Origin: Bigelowiella natans CCMP2755
Taxonomy: Eukaryota > Protista > Cercozoa
Assembly: GCA_000320545.1 (NCBI GenBank)
Contig: ADNK01000560.1
Span: 1-49,580 of the forward strand
DNA length: 49,580 bases
Reading direction: 5' to 3'
Notes under the pieces: generated by a model
What the model saw: the letters and a program-made list of their open reading frames with translations, nothing else
What the model was told of the DNA's origin: nothing
The model's database searches: none
Made by a program: the position numbers and the translations under genes
Shown: positions 33,476-47,336 of the stretch, one piece after another
Numbering within the stretch: position 1 is the first letter of the stretch
How the letters are laid out: the number at the start of each line of letters is the position of its first letter

Positions 33476-35083
33476 ATGGCGGGAAATTCGAAAGCAAATT
33501 CGAACCCCAAACGAAGCACGTCGAACGGAATAAATTCTAGATCTACCTTTGAGAGAACGCGTCCAGGTCCAGGTTGTGCTGAAATTATGCAAGCGGAAAG
33601 AAGGACAAGGCGAAAGAGTAAAAAAGGTACACGTGGCGTACATTAAATCGATACAAGCAGCAATATGTAGATTCTCACGACGCACATTCGTAGTAATTAC
33701 AACTTATCTTTAGCAAAATGGGGAATCTTCTCAAGAATAGCGCAGGGAAAAGCCTGCTTCCGAAACCGTCAAAATCAGAGACCCAGTTAAATTAAGCACA
33801 CTTACTGAATAATTTGCTAAAATGCTTTACTTGTCTGAATGATTTCCAGCGATCTTGAAAAGGGAAGACAACGGCGATCGAATAAAAAGGTGACATACTC
33901 ATTTATTATAAACCAATCTTTCACCATTTGTCAAAATAATAGCTTTGAAGATTTTGATGCCTATGGATATCTCGAGAGGATGAGAAGCAGGTTGCAACAA
34001 AATGCATCTCCACTTCTTCTCATGGACATAAAAAGTGGAAGTACCCGAAAACATACGTCTAGGTCGTACATGAGACCAGGTTCGGATCCACATGACACCT
34101 CAGGATCGCCCTGGAGTACAGTTGCAATTTCAAATGATGCTGAAGTTAAATCAGTAGGCTATACGTACGAATTACATGGGGCACATCAACCTTTCGACAA
34201 AACTAGCGCGAAGGAAACGATGGCTTTCTTCAAGTCGCCAAGAAGATCCCCTCCTTTCTCTGTTTTTCATAAACGTCAAACTGACTTCCAAAAACAATTC
34301 TTTAACGCTAGTGTTGCTGTTCAAGACTGCTTTGGAGAGGAGAAAATTTCGGAATTGTGTACCAAAAAAGTCCTTCCAAGGATAGACAGTTATCATAGCA
34401 AAAACTGTCATGAAAATGGAAATAAATCAAAGACAGGGTATGAAAGTGGGTTGAAGACACTTGAATCTTCTAGAAATTCAACGAATGAGGAAGAGAGACT
34501 TGGGTTTCAAGCGTTGGTCGCTCCTAAATATCGAAACTCCAGTACTTTTTCAACAATCTACCCTCCACGCATGCATTCTTTTGAGCCAAACTATTCAAAA
34601 CCCCAAGGACGCAATCATTTTGACAAGAGCACCAGTGGTGTAGAGATGGACGATGTAGATGACATAACTCTGATGGATTGTAGTGAGCTTGTTCTACCTA
34701 AAAACTCCAAAAATTCAAATACTACCCCCATTACATCACAAGGTAACAATGATTCGCTTTCTCCATTGTCCTATGATAGCCACTTACTAGAGAAGAATGA
34801 GCGGAAATGGCATCCTAGAGCTCTCTTTGAGACAAATCCTTGTCCAATACCACGTTTTAATTCTTCGAATGGTAGAGAATTAGCAAGGACACCTGTTTTT
34901 CACTTAGATCCACATTTATGCCCAATAGAGCATAACAGTTCTCTACCACTATTGGATGATCAGGCGAAAATTGAAACACTACCTATCATTAGTGACGGCC
35001 TCGTCGTAGAAAATTCGCATCAGTATCATGCAAACAGAACGATGAACATTTCAGATCTTGACATTTTCAAACATAATCCATGA
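33476..35083 (+). CDS. Hypothetical Ser/Asn-rich, probably disordered protein with a long terminal exon
   Basis: 414-codon open frame 33839-35083 plus plausible short upstream basic exons. No recognisable domain; start uncertain. Confidence 0.5.
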
Positions 35084-35466
35084 CATAAAATCAAAATTTT
35101 AGTTTGAGTATGAAGCCATGAGATGCGACGAAAATAAATACATACGTCAACCTGTACACGCTTCTTCATTTAGTATATTATTTCTACAGGCACTATGTAG
35201 TATAAAAATACACAATAAGTAACATATAAAATGTTTTACAATATAAACATTGAATAAAAATTGGTGTTTTGTTCTTTGCTACTATTATCAGTTATCTTGC
35301 TAGAATTATTACTTATAGTCATGAGTGCAAAGACGCAGGAATTGTACTTGCATTGCACAGCAGCAATACATGATTGAGCGCACATTAAGCTTGCACTGCG
35401 ATGTAATTTTGATATCCTTTATATTTTCTATGATGTTATCAACTATAACGTTTGAGAGCAGCGTTA

Positions 35467-37743
35467 TCAACAAACTAATGGCTTTTCCTGTAATTCCTGG
35501 ACGCAAATAGTAACGATCCCATTTCCCCGATCTTTCTTGACTTTCTTCACTACGAACTGTGTTCCTGGTGCGATGAGATGCTCATCTTCCTCTTGATAGC
35601 AGGAATACTTTTTAATATTTACGGCATTGTTCGTAGAAACCTCGAACAATGTCCTCTTTCCAGATTTCCCTAGGAATCGTCTATGGATCGTACACTATAC
35701 ATCAGCTACAGTTACAGCATTAATTTGGAACAATCATAGGAGGAAAATGTCATTTATTTTACTTCGCAATTGCAACGTCTTTAGTGCATGAACTGACACC
35801 CCACCAAGTGACTCGGTTGCCTTTAGAATACTTCTTACTGAGATCTAAATTTACGCCTCGATATAAGAGTCCTTCGTTTTTGGGAAGCTTTCTAAGTGCT
35901 ATATATGTTATGGAAGACAAATAACAAGCAACAAATATAAGATAAAGTTGATGGGGGATTTCAAACCTCTCACAAGAAAAATTTCGCAATAAACCTGTGA
36001 GCAATAGTTGAAGATAGCCGAAGAAATCCTTGATTTTTGCTCGTTTAGGATCTCGGAGGTCCTGACATTTTTAAGTTCATTTCAAGGTAGCCATGTTCTT
36101 CAAAGCAAAAAATGAAGGATCCTTTCTTTATTTATGTTATGACACTACCTCATTTAAAATTTTGTATAGCTTGCATTCTTGCGTGTATAAGTTTAAAGCA
36201 GCGATTTCATTTATTGTTAGGGTCTTCTCATCCTGGGTTCCTCGATTCCCTTTTTCCTTAGAATTATTTCTAACTGTTATTGCCGTCTTTCCGGTTCCCT
36301 TCATTCTGCTATCTTCGTCAGTCCTCAATATCTCCTTTGCAAAAACTAGTGCATTATTGATTCGTGTGGCCAGATTCTCGATGCGCGCGAGCAAGGCCTG
36401 GCATCCAGTTTCTAGGTCCTTTATCACCTCTACCCTCTTTCGAAGGCGTTTTCTAGGGTTCTTCGATTTTCTTGTTGTGAGAATTCCAAATATAGGATCG
36501 AGGGTTATTTTTGATTTTATTTCATGCTCTAAATCGCCAAGTCTCTCGAGATACGAGTTGTGCAATTCGATGGTAGAATCGATGAACTCGGACATTCGCT
36601 GAGCAACTAAATATTGAAATGTATTTTCATACACGCATTCGTGTGTATCCTCTAAAAATACCAAGTGTTGAGTAACTGTTGAGTTCAGTATATAAAAAAT
36701 AATTATGTATATTAAAAAAATTAATCGTATACTTTGTATATGGTGATTGTGGTGTATTTTGTTTATGTCTTTTAGGAATCAACGCAAAAGATATTTGAAA
36801 CTTCGTCGAATGGACATGATCGATGTAATGAGTCACCCTTTCTGCTCTTCTTCTTCATCCTTGTGTTCTTCTCTTTGTCGTAGGCAGTTGGAAGCCAGTC
36901 AATCGTCTTGAGCTTCAATTTTTTCAGCTCCTCATTGATCTTTCCGAAATGATCACCCCAAGAGAAACCGTCACCAGTCGCAGCTGGATTACAATGAACG
37001 ACGTGTCGAATTTTCACGTCTGTATACGTCTCTTCTAGCATCTCCGATAATTGTCGCTTGATGCTCAAAGCCTTAGCTCCCCACCATGCGAACACGAGAC
37101 CCTGATACTGTTGTTCTTTCACCACCTGTTTTGCTTTCAGGATCTCCTCAACGATAGCAAAAATGATTGGGCGCCAGAAGGTGGTATGTGCTCCAAGATT
37201 CGGCTTCTTTCCTCCATCGATCGTTAGAGCAGCGTTTAGAAGAAGACATCCCTGCATTAGGATGGATTTAAACCATTCCTTAGGCCCCACTGCTTTATTG
37301 TGTTTGAGGAAGATACGCATGTCTTTCACAGGCATATCGCACCCGGTCTTAAACTTTGAATTCATGGCCGCTCGAATGATACAGCGCATGCTGTTAATCT
37401 GACCGAAACGCCGATCGTTCCAGCTCTTCAGAGTCGCATCAAACATTGCAATTCCTGTTGCAGACTCTTGACGGGGGTACGGGCTCTGGCCGAAAATAAC
37501 AACGTTCCAATGAGCTGGAGGATTTGGCTTTATTGCTTGAAATGTAAGCTCTCGAACAGGTACGATAGATCTGCTACGATCCGGCCCAATAAAGGAACTT
37601 GCTTCCTCTTGTTCCTCGATCACATCTTTGAGCAGCACATACCAGTCTTCACCCCCCCCCTTGAACAAAGGTTCGAGGCACAGTGGGTCGGTGTCTTCCC
37701 CTGACCCATCCTCTGCTATCTTAAGTTTCTTCTTAGGCGGCAT
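35467..37743 (-). CDS. Uracil-DNA-glycosylase-fold domain fused to an R-S-E mono-ADP-ribosyltransferase (5 exons)
   Basis: UDG-like VVIFGQSPYP...ATGIAMF, QGCLLLNAALT, FAWWG, HCNPAA. A phase-compatible GT-AG intron at 36607-36836 joins it to AQRMSEFIDSTIELH...IAALNLYTQECKLYKILNE|DLRDPKR...|LYRGV...WWGVSSCT|...SCYQEEDEHLIAPGTQFVV. First in-frame ATG gives MPPKKKLK; an upstream exon is possible. Confidence 0.85.
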
Positions 37744-38028
37744 CGATGCTTCCAAGCTCTGTTGGTTTGTGGCGGTAAATCTCCCTCCTCCGACGCTGCT
37801 CGCCCTTTCTCTTTCCGAAGATCCATCTAAAGCCGATACGGGAAGGGTTTCCTGTTTAGCGCGACATGGAAAAGTCTCATTTTCGCCAAAATTCGCCTGC
37901 GTTTTTGCTCAGTCAAAGCTTTCGGTCCATGGCACACTCACATGGGGCCTGAGACCTTCTGATGAGGTTCAAGTGTTCTGCTCTGGAAAGAGCATTGTGT
38001 ACCGGCACTGATTGTTGCGACTAGAGCA

Positions 38029-40053
38029 ATGTTAATCGTTTGCCTTCTAGCTTTAGCATCTTGGCTGCCGAAGCCAAACGTGAGGTGTTGCGTGAAAAAA
38101 GATGCAGTTATGGCCAGCAGCTGTGGAGTCAAGCCGATGTCCCATCTACGTACACGCAGGTAATGGATACCACAAACACCTTATTCATAATGTACCAACG
38201 TATTTATGGATTGATGATAACGCACACTTTTCACAGCCGGCAGGCACTCTTGGCACGTGCTCAAAAGGACCATTCCAAACTAAACAGAAGAAGGAGGCAA
38301 TTCACAAAGGTTTCATCGGAAGAACGTTCAGATACTTGCAGTCGAGAAAACCTTTTCAATTTACAGTGTATTTTCTATGTTTAGTGTATGCTGGGGATTC
38401 TGACAAGTCTGCCGTCACTAGCGGCTCTAAACTACGGTGGGGTCCATGCCAGTGATGACCTCTCCTTAGTTTTGGAAGAAGGAAACAATGTAACAATTCT
38501 GGACGAAATAGTCTCCTTAGTGGATAGGTAAACCTTTGATCATCTTCTTTGTATTCTTCTGAAGCAATACGGATAGCATCACCCCCCAATTTATTAATTT
38601 TGTTGCAGATTCTACCTTTATCGCTACGACACGCCGTTGACCGCCGATGATCAAAGGTCTGCTGCTTGTTCATAAGGATGAAAGGAAAATGGTTAGAGGG
38701 ATTAGGATGCCGCACAATGTGCACATAGCAATATCAGCCTTTTTTACTTAACACCAAGTGCTGCATACATACGAACACTCCACGCAGACGTGAGAAGCAA
38801 TTTTTAAGATAGAGAAAAGGGACAGATCTTAGGTTATTGTGGGGGAAAGTTAGCCAAATTTTTACCAAATATCAGCGAGGTTAGTCCAATAACACAACAA
38901 ATACTCATGCGCATGTGCCGCTATTTTTGGCACTGTTGGTGCTGTATCTTTGTTAGGTTTGATATCGAACGCTTTAAATCTGTGAAGGAAGCTTTATTGC
39001 AAGAATACATGCTCCTGTTGCGAAAGAAGCAGTACTCTTCCTCCCCGGAGGAGAAAATGGTAATTGAATGGAAGACGTAGGAGAATAAGGGAGGTACTAG
39101 TAGAGCGAGGATGATTGCTCACAGGAATCATTCATCTTCAGCCATCTCAGCCATACCTTCTTTCCAATAAAAGGCTTTTCTGCGCAAGGCTGCTAAAGAA
39201 CTTATGCATAGAGGTGGCTCATTTGATCGTTATACACGCTACCTCCCACCAGAAGCTCTCAGGGCTAAATCAGTTACTTTCTCCGCCCCCAACACGGGAA
39301 TCCGCGTGCCAGATCTGAGAGAGGAGGAGGAGGAGGAGGATAATGACGTGAAACAAGAAATAGCAAGACAAGGCATTCTTACCGGATTGTACGAAAATCA
39401 TAGAAGCCATAGCATCAAAATGATGATGATCTTGCACATGAGAATTATGGTGACTAGAACGATGGAGAGACCGTCGAAACGATCAATAGAATGATACGAT
39501 TTACCTGATGATGATGATGAAATTGCGGAAACTTGGTTCTTCAAAATACAAAATACTTTAGCTTTATAATTAGGTACAATCGTAACCATTGTAACCATTA
39601 CCATTTTTTGCACATTCAAGGCTTCCAGCATCGCATGACTCATTGGATAACGGCAATGAAGGGAAAGAAGCAGAACCCAAAACGACTTTTTCCAGCAGAA
39701 CGACAACAGCAACAAAGAGCGTGAGCCCTGCCCGGATTATAAGGAAGAGGTTTCGGTCTGGAGAAGTGGGAGAGGAGCAATCAGAAGAGATGAGGACAAC
39801 AGCAGCAAATATTGCTGTAATTCGTGTTCGGTATTTCGGGCAGGGTACAGCAAGGGCCCTTGCAGAAGAGATAGAAAGGATTTCCAACGGGGAAGAACCA
39901 ATCGAGGAGGGAGAAGAAGTAGGAGCCGACGTCATGCCATCACTGCGGCAGCAGCAGCAGCAGCAAAAGGATCTGCAGCAAGGTGGAGATTTCCTTCCTT
40001 GACGACACTTCTATTATGATCAACCTTCTCCGCATATATGTCATTTTTTGATA

Positions 40054-40094
<41 letters not shown>

Positions 40095-40667
40095 ACACAT
40101 ATATATATATGGGGCGAAATATGCGGCGTTGGGCTGAATGTTTTCTTTTAATAGGCACTAGTGGAGAGATCGAAGAAATCGTAATTGATCTCAGACACAA
40201 CAAAGGCGGCAATCTTCAGGTTTTTGTGAGAAATTAGGAGAGCCGTAGACAAGTGAGAAGGGGGATGGAGAAAGTCGTAGGAGAAGTATAAGAATAGGAA
40301 ACTACATTCATGAGCACTGAAAAATGAGGAAGAAATCTAATGAATGTGGTTAGAATAGACATCAACAAAAGCATAATTTTCCCGTCATCATGTTTGGTGA
40401 CGTTAAATCTGTAACAGGAAGCTATCGCTGCTGCAAGTTTGTTCCTTGAGCCAGGGTCACGCATAACCTACTTAATCGATTCAGCTTCCTCTCGGCTTGA
40501 GAGTGCTACTACGATGAGAACAAAGAGAAGGGGTGGAAGTGAAAAACCATGGCACATCTGTCTTCCTCCCATAGTCATTCTTGTAGATAGGGCAACAGCC
40601 AGCGCTGCAGAGGTCTTTGCGACAGCTCTCAAAGACAATTGCAGGTTTGGTTTCAGTAGGGGGAGAT

Positions 40668-40698
<31 letters not shown>

Positions 40699-41006
40699 CA
40701 GTTGTTGTAGTAGAGTCTCGTATGATGGTGTCATTATGCACGAATGTTCTGGAAATCTCCCATTTCCAAGCAGTGTTCGTTGGTGTAAAGCTGCTGCTCT
40801 AGCTTTCTTAAACCTTCCTAGCTAATAGGGAAATCCTTGAGTGCCTAATGAAGACACGCAACTTCTGCATGTAAGATATCTTACAGATCTGTACTTTTTC
40901 CTTCCCCGTCTGATGGTGAATACTAGGGCGGTCGTTGTTGGGCGCCGAACGTATGGAAAAGCCCGAATCCAAAGTGTCTTCCAGCTCTCAGATGGCTCGG
41001 GGTAGT

Positions 41007-41043
<37 letters not shown>

Positions 41044-41321
41044 ATCGCGATAACATCGTACTTTATCAGCAGATACTATGGTCGTAGAAAGTAATAATGT
41101 GCTCTCTTTCATCTCCATCCTGTAATACGTATATCATTAGGCTACAGCTCACGGTGGGCGGTTATATGACGCCGAACCATGATGACATCAACAGGGTGGG
41201 GTTCCTGCCGGATGTAGAGCTCACACCGTTTGAGAACAAGGCCGAGTCACGCATTCCGTCCCCTCATACTGTGACGAAGATGCTAAATTCATCGCAGGCC
41301 CGCAATTCCGCTAAAGCATAA
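38029..41321 (+). CDS. ctpA: C-terminal processing peptidase (S41A, CtpA-like), plastid thylakoid-targeted, multi-exon
   Basis: DRYTRYLPP; IAVIRVRYF; IVIDLRHNKGGNL; ILVDRATASAAEVFATALKDN (catalytic Ser); VGRRTYGKARIQ (catalytic Lys); LTVGGYMTP...GFLPDV. Leader: MLIVCLLALASW signal, basic transit region, RRRRQFTKCMLGILTSLPSLAALNYGGVHA Tat signal. Confidence 0.85.
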
Positions 41322-41963
41322 GCATATATATACATTATATGAATTTAGCATGTTCTACGCAGTGAAAACAGCAGAACGCTTTCTAGCTGTCGCATGCTTG
41401 GTACCGGTGCAATGTTTCTATTTTTGTTACAAGATACGATGCGCTTATCGCACAAGTTAGCCAGTGTACAAAGCAATTTTGCATTCGGTTTCTGCATCAA
41501 TATTGTGCGCTCTACTGCCTCACTAGCACTTTGGCAAATGTTTGCAGGGCTAACTAAATCGAAACTTATAGCGCAGTAAATATTATAATAGACACAGCAA
41601 TATGGTATATATAACATATTGCATGTCTATCATTATTGAACGGCATTATCGGCTACATAAAGAGCAATGATTTACAATAAATATTTGTAATCAAACCTCG
41701 TCGTTACCACATATTATGTAGCATGCTAAACACATGATAATGACCAATTAAATTGCGTCGAGAACTTTTCTTAATTCATACTTGTGTGCAATACTACCTA
41801 GCAGGTTGATAGGTAGCTACACTAATAATGATAAATGCACAATTTTCCAAACCTGTCCAGTCTTAGATACAACTGCTACCGAGTAGTAACCAGGTAGGAA
41901 GGGGAAGAACCAAGATTCGTATTGCCAAAATGATGGTTTGAGGACGTAATAGGAAATAAAACT

Positions 41964-42038
<75 letters not shown>

Positions 42039-42077
42039 TATTTGCAATATATGACTTTTGGTAGAGCTCCTCCCCTA

Positions 42078-42404
42078 TTATGCAATCGAGCTCGTTCGCC
42101 GGGGGAGCGGTGGGGGGACCTGCGGTGAGGAATTAAAAGGCAATCGAAGGAAACTTTACTATTATGGTCACCACATAATGCCAACATCAACCGTGACGCT
42201 GCAGAAACGCTATGGAATGAAACATGACAGCCAAACCCATTTCCTGAATACCTGTGCGCCACCATCGGTAGCCCCGTTGTTTCCCCCGTCGTCGATGGGG
42301 ACTGTCTGTTTATCGATCCATATATGATGGTGAGGACCAGCAATTATGCATGATAACGACGATAGTGACACGATGCCAATGATGGCAACAACGATGAGGG
42401 AGGA

Positions 42405-42449
<45 letters not shown>

Positions 42450-43425
42450 GGATACCGGAACTTCCATGTGGCTTTGATTATCATGAAGGAACTCCTCCAA
42501 ATCCTACATATTTGGTTCATAATTTGTCGTATCACTTGATCCGGAAGAACACATCCCAGAAAAAAAGAACGAAGCAGAAGCTTAAAGGAGACAAATCTGC
42601 ATGAGTGCACTGTTGGTACTGTTGCTGCTGTAGTTGCCACATCAGAACAACTAAACCTTCTCATCACCACCATCACCACCACCATCACATAACAGAAATG
42701 CCGTTTCATTATTGTCAAAACCTGTCCAGGAACGGTAGGCACTCCTCCTCCATTGTCCGCATCGACTGCTCGCCCTGGTGCCTTCATGTCGCCGACTACA
42801 TCATAAACATACTACTCAACGGTATTATAGGACAGACGAAAACACTTGTGATAGTCAAAGAGTACACGTGTTCAATCTCAAACATTTCTTTTCGATAATG
42901 ACTCTGATCGGATTCCAATACGCTAAAGGGTCGTAGTGACCCCCCAAACTCATCAGCGTTTCATAATCTATCAACGTTTTAATTTTTTACTTCTTCTGTT
43001 ACCGTTTGCAGCGTTGGAAAGCTTTCCCTGAGCATTTTGCGATGGCACTTCAGGGTCAGGATTTTTGAGTATCTCGACAAGACCGGCAGCCTGTTAGATA
43101 ATACATTCTTCGTAAAATCGTCAGTATTGGTCATTGGTAATGGTGACGAGAATGGTGATGGTGATGATGATGATGATGATGATAGTGGATGTGTGTGTGT
43201 GTGTGTTCTTCTTGTGGATGCATGTCGTGTAGCAGGTGCTAGATGTGTGGGAAAATGTGCGGTGAGCGAGTGTATGATCAACCATGCTGAAGAGCCATGC
43301 CAGGACGGTGAGGGCGAACCCAGCGGAAAGGTCCTTACTGTACCCGTCGAATTGACTTGCATCCTTTGATATTTAAAAATTGATGATTAACGGCAACCAG
43401 TGATAGTGGTGATGATGATGTCTTC

Positions 43426-43464
<39 letters not shown>

Positions 43465-45112
43465 TACGGGGTTGGGGCGGGGGGCTGTCTCTTCATTTTA
43501 AGCTTCATTTCCTCACCGTTTTAATCACTCTATCAACTACCTTCATCTCATCGTAGCAGGACCCTTTGAACACGGCAAATGTGATGAGGAGGAATAAAGA
43601 CACGATCTCCAAAGCCACTCCTGTAACAAGCTGGGATATACAACCAAGAGGGAGGCAGGGGAAAGAGGGGCATGGATTTTGTGGGTTACACAAGAATTTG
43701 GGGAGTGTGATTCCTGCAGGAAATATGCATGTCCACATTTATACCCCTCCACCCTCCCCCCTTCTCCAAAACACACAGAGAAGGTCAAAGACCTTATTAA
43801 CGATTGCCGGCCAGAAACCCGCAAGAGGAGCGGGAGGGGGAAGCTGACGAGGAAAATTTAAACAAGGGTATAGAAGAGAGCCGAAGGATAATCAATCATC
43901 ATATTTATTTATTGTGAAGAGGCGTAATCGATATGCTACACCGCGGTAATAAGTTGGCTGTTGTGATGGCCACCTGGGCTAGGCGCAAAAACCTGCGATG
44001 TGCATTCAAAAGCAGCGTCTCATTATTGGATTCTTTTGAGGAATTGCGGTCCTTTGCATCTCACTTTGTGGTACATCTCACCCCCCCTCATTTTTTTTGG
44101 GTATAAGTGTAGTATATGTATTTATTTGGCCAACTGTGTGTGCGTGCGCGGTCATCGTTATTGTAGAAAAAGTAGTCAGGTGTCAAATGTGCCTTCCTCA
44201 TCTTACTGGATGCAGACAGCGAAGAAGAGAATCACGAACCCGATGATCAGAAAGCTAGCAACGACAAAGGTCAGCAGCAATCGCACAATATATGTACAAC
44301 GCCAATAGAACATGGTGGGGGCTATACAAGCTTGCTTATTCTACGTGTATGGAAGGCTGTGCTATTTGCACTCGTTCGATTAGCGATTCATCATTGTTGA
44401 TACCTCGTCGCGGCGTCCCCTAATTAGGATTATGGTAGAAACAATTAATCATTGCATTTGGTCTAGCAGTTGTAGTTCTAATGACCAGCTTTCTCGCATT
44501 TGTTGCACGCATCGTTTGAGATCTGACAGCTGTTTGATTTGTAGTACCTATTTATCGAAACAAATTAAATCATGAACGTGCCTCAAGTGCTCTCATTGAA
44601 ACCATAATCCTTCTCACAATATCGCATTCAGTAATGTGGCCATACGTTGCTGTAAAGGTATCCTTATTGCATCCATTGAAGACCTAAGAAGGGCGGAAAA
44701 TATGTGATGAACTGGCTGCTACAACCTTTCTTTTAATGTAATAATGGTTACAGGAGTTTTCGTTCTTCTTTCATTGTTTTCGGTTATGGGGGGTAGTTTT
44801 ACGTAGTAGCGAAGTAGACCGAAGGCTACGCGGATGTCACAATTATTGATTTTCCTCTCAAAGTGCGCCCATCGTACCTTCGTAGGCAGCATAAAAATAA
44901 CAAAATATTTAGAGTATCTGTTGATTCTAGCATTCTGATCAAAAACTGACAGTACCTCGGCAGTGATACCCCCAACAGCACATGCGGTGAAAAGGAGCGT
45001 GAGCGTGGATAAGAAGATCGCGAGCCCTGATTACATCGTCCATAAAGAGTGCTCTGCTGTCTTTACATCCAAACATCGGATTACCTGTCAGTGACCTCTC
45101 GAACCTAGCCAT
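42078..45112 (-). CDS. Claudin/amastin-like four-transmembrane protein with a cytosolic tail, multi-exon
   Basis: Spliced peptides GLAIFLSTLTLLFTACAVGG|VRWAHF...AFGLLRYY|VFNGC...|WRCTYIVRLLLTFVVASFLIIGFVILFF|...VSLFLLITFAVFKGSCY|...LSAGFALTVLAWLFSM; tail ends VPPPLPRRTSSIA*. Family call rests on topology and the W-GL-C-C pattern only. Confidence 0.6.
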
Positions 45113-45550
45113 TGAATTATGTGGAGGCCTTCCGTGATTTTCTGTGAAATAAATAAAGTTTCTTGGTCATTTTATATCTCGTGACTTAGATCCCTCCTCC
45201 TCCTCCCTCTCCCTCATGCTTGCTACCGTTACAGGTCGGAAAGTCCCGATCGGAGAGGAGGAGGTTTTCTCTCTCGAAAAAGCACGAGCCGTAACGATGA
45301 AGAGTAACATGGGAATTCGATGTTGCGACAATGATAATGACATTGTCGTAGAGATAAAATACAACACCATCATGACTACAGAAACTGATCATGGATGACT
45401 TCGTGGGAATCTCATCCTGCGACATGTATTTAGATGTTGTCGCGATACATGATTTTCCTTGTCGCAGTACAGGAATCCCAGTTGCGTGCACAAAAAGACG
45501 AGGGATCATCTCTAATCCCCTCCCCGTTCTCGTTCGATTGCTTCTTCAGT

Positions 45551-46129
45551 ATGGCCGAGGAAATGGAGAGAGGCATCGCGGTAGGAAAGTGACAATTTTC
45601 CATAGATTTCAACGTAGATTTTGATCACCCTCCAGTGCCTAAATGCGAATTCCTCCGCCTCTCTCGTCGTGCACCTACTGTAAACAGGAAGCCAAAGGGC
45701 TGATGGGCGTCACCACGGATCCGGAGAAGGAGCCTTATAAATCCAAATATAAAGCGCGCCAGATCATCAACGGCCTTTTGGCGATGCTGGGAGAGATTAA
45801 TGTGGAAGAAGAAGAAAAGGCGAAGGAAGCGAAGAAGATTGTGGTTGTTGATCAAATTAACTAGTGGTTGCTCACTTCGTTTTTGTTCCAATGGATGGAA
45901 CTTCGTTCGAAATGTACATTAAATGTAGAGTAAGCATTGTAATGTATGCTGCGTGTCTGTCTAAACCGCATCAACCAGAGCAAACTGTTCGCCGATGCTG
46001 GAGCCAAGCCACCACCTCAGGAAGAGGAAGACACTGCGAAGGCATGTTAATATCAAATACGCGCTTTGCACGAGTGTATATGCGCCGTATGAATCCTCCC
46101 CACACATATATATTCTATATGTGCACCAC

Positions 46130-46190
<61 letters not shown>

Positions 46191-47170
46191 CAGAAGGGAA
46201 AGGAGGAGCCGAAAGCTATGGATGAAAGGAAACGGGTACCTTCTCCTTACCCTCCCTCCTGTCGCATATCCTCCCATTACTCTTCGCAACATGTTATTAT
46301 TTGCTGAATCAACAACTTTTGATTGTTGGGAGCGGGGTGTCAATATTTATACTACGATAAGATGTACTGCAACGAATAACCGATCGACCAGTCTATTACT
46401 GAAACTGAATTGCGTTTGTGAAATTATTAAAAAGGCTTGGCTCGGCCGATTGCATCATCTGATGGCCGTGAACTATAGCGAAACTGTGAGTTAAACCGTG
46501 CCCAATATATCGCTACACCAAGCTCTGCCTGCTCCCTTTGTTTCGTCGATCTCTCATGGCTAAATTACTTCTCCACACTAGCACAATTTTTCCACACATT
46601 CGCACATCACACAGCGCTAACAAATTTATGTTTGCGTGTGTGTGTATGTGCGTGTGCGTGTGTGTGTGTGTGTTTATGTATGTGTGGCCCTCTTGGATAG
46701 GAGGAAGGTGGCAGGTAAAATTAAACAACAACAAAGATATGAGAGGAGGGAAAATATGTGCAAAATGAGGGAAAGAAGCACAAAATGGGGTGGTGGTGGC
46801 ATGCAAGAAGAGGGAAGCACACTGGAAAGTATCTTTGCGCACATCATCATCATCATCCTCATCATCATCATCATCATCATCATATAACTTGTGTTGGTGA
46901 TTCATCATTGGCAGGTCGAAACCCCACCTCAAACGAGCCAAAGAGTGTCTGGAAGTGAAGCCATTACAGGTGAAGTGGTGTGGTATCAACCATAGGAATA
47001 GCAATCAATACTTCGCACATACGATGATTGTAGCTAGTTTCTGGGTCTTTGTCCTTGGAACGGTATAAGCATAAAAGTTATAATGCACCCCATTGCAGCA
47101 CCCGGTGGAGCTAATAGACGTATACAACCACATCGGTATCAACCGATCGAATCGGCAAGAATTCAAGGAG

Positions 47171-47204
<34 letters not shown>

Positions 47205-47301
47205 TGGTAGTAATAGTACATTCTTTCGTACGTCGTTTTACTAGTAGTCATCAGTAGTTACTCCTCCTCCATGATGTTAGTTATCTGCAGGATACCGCCA
47301 T

Positions 47302-47336
<35 letters not shown>

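Noticed and set aside
35467-37743. UDG-ART gene as the cause of the TA->CA/TG signature
   Set aside because: Proximity in a eukaryotic genome implies nothing, and no sequence evidence links the two.
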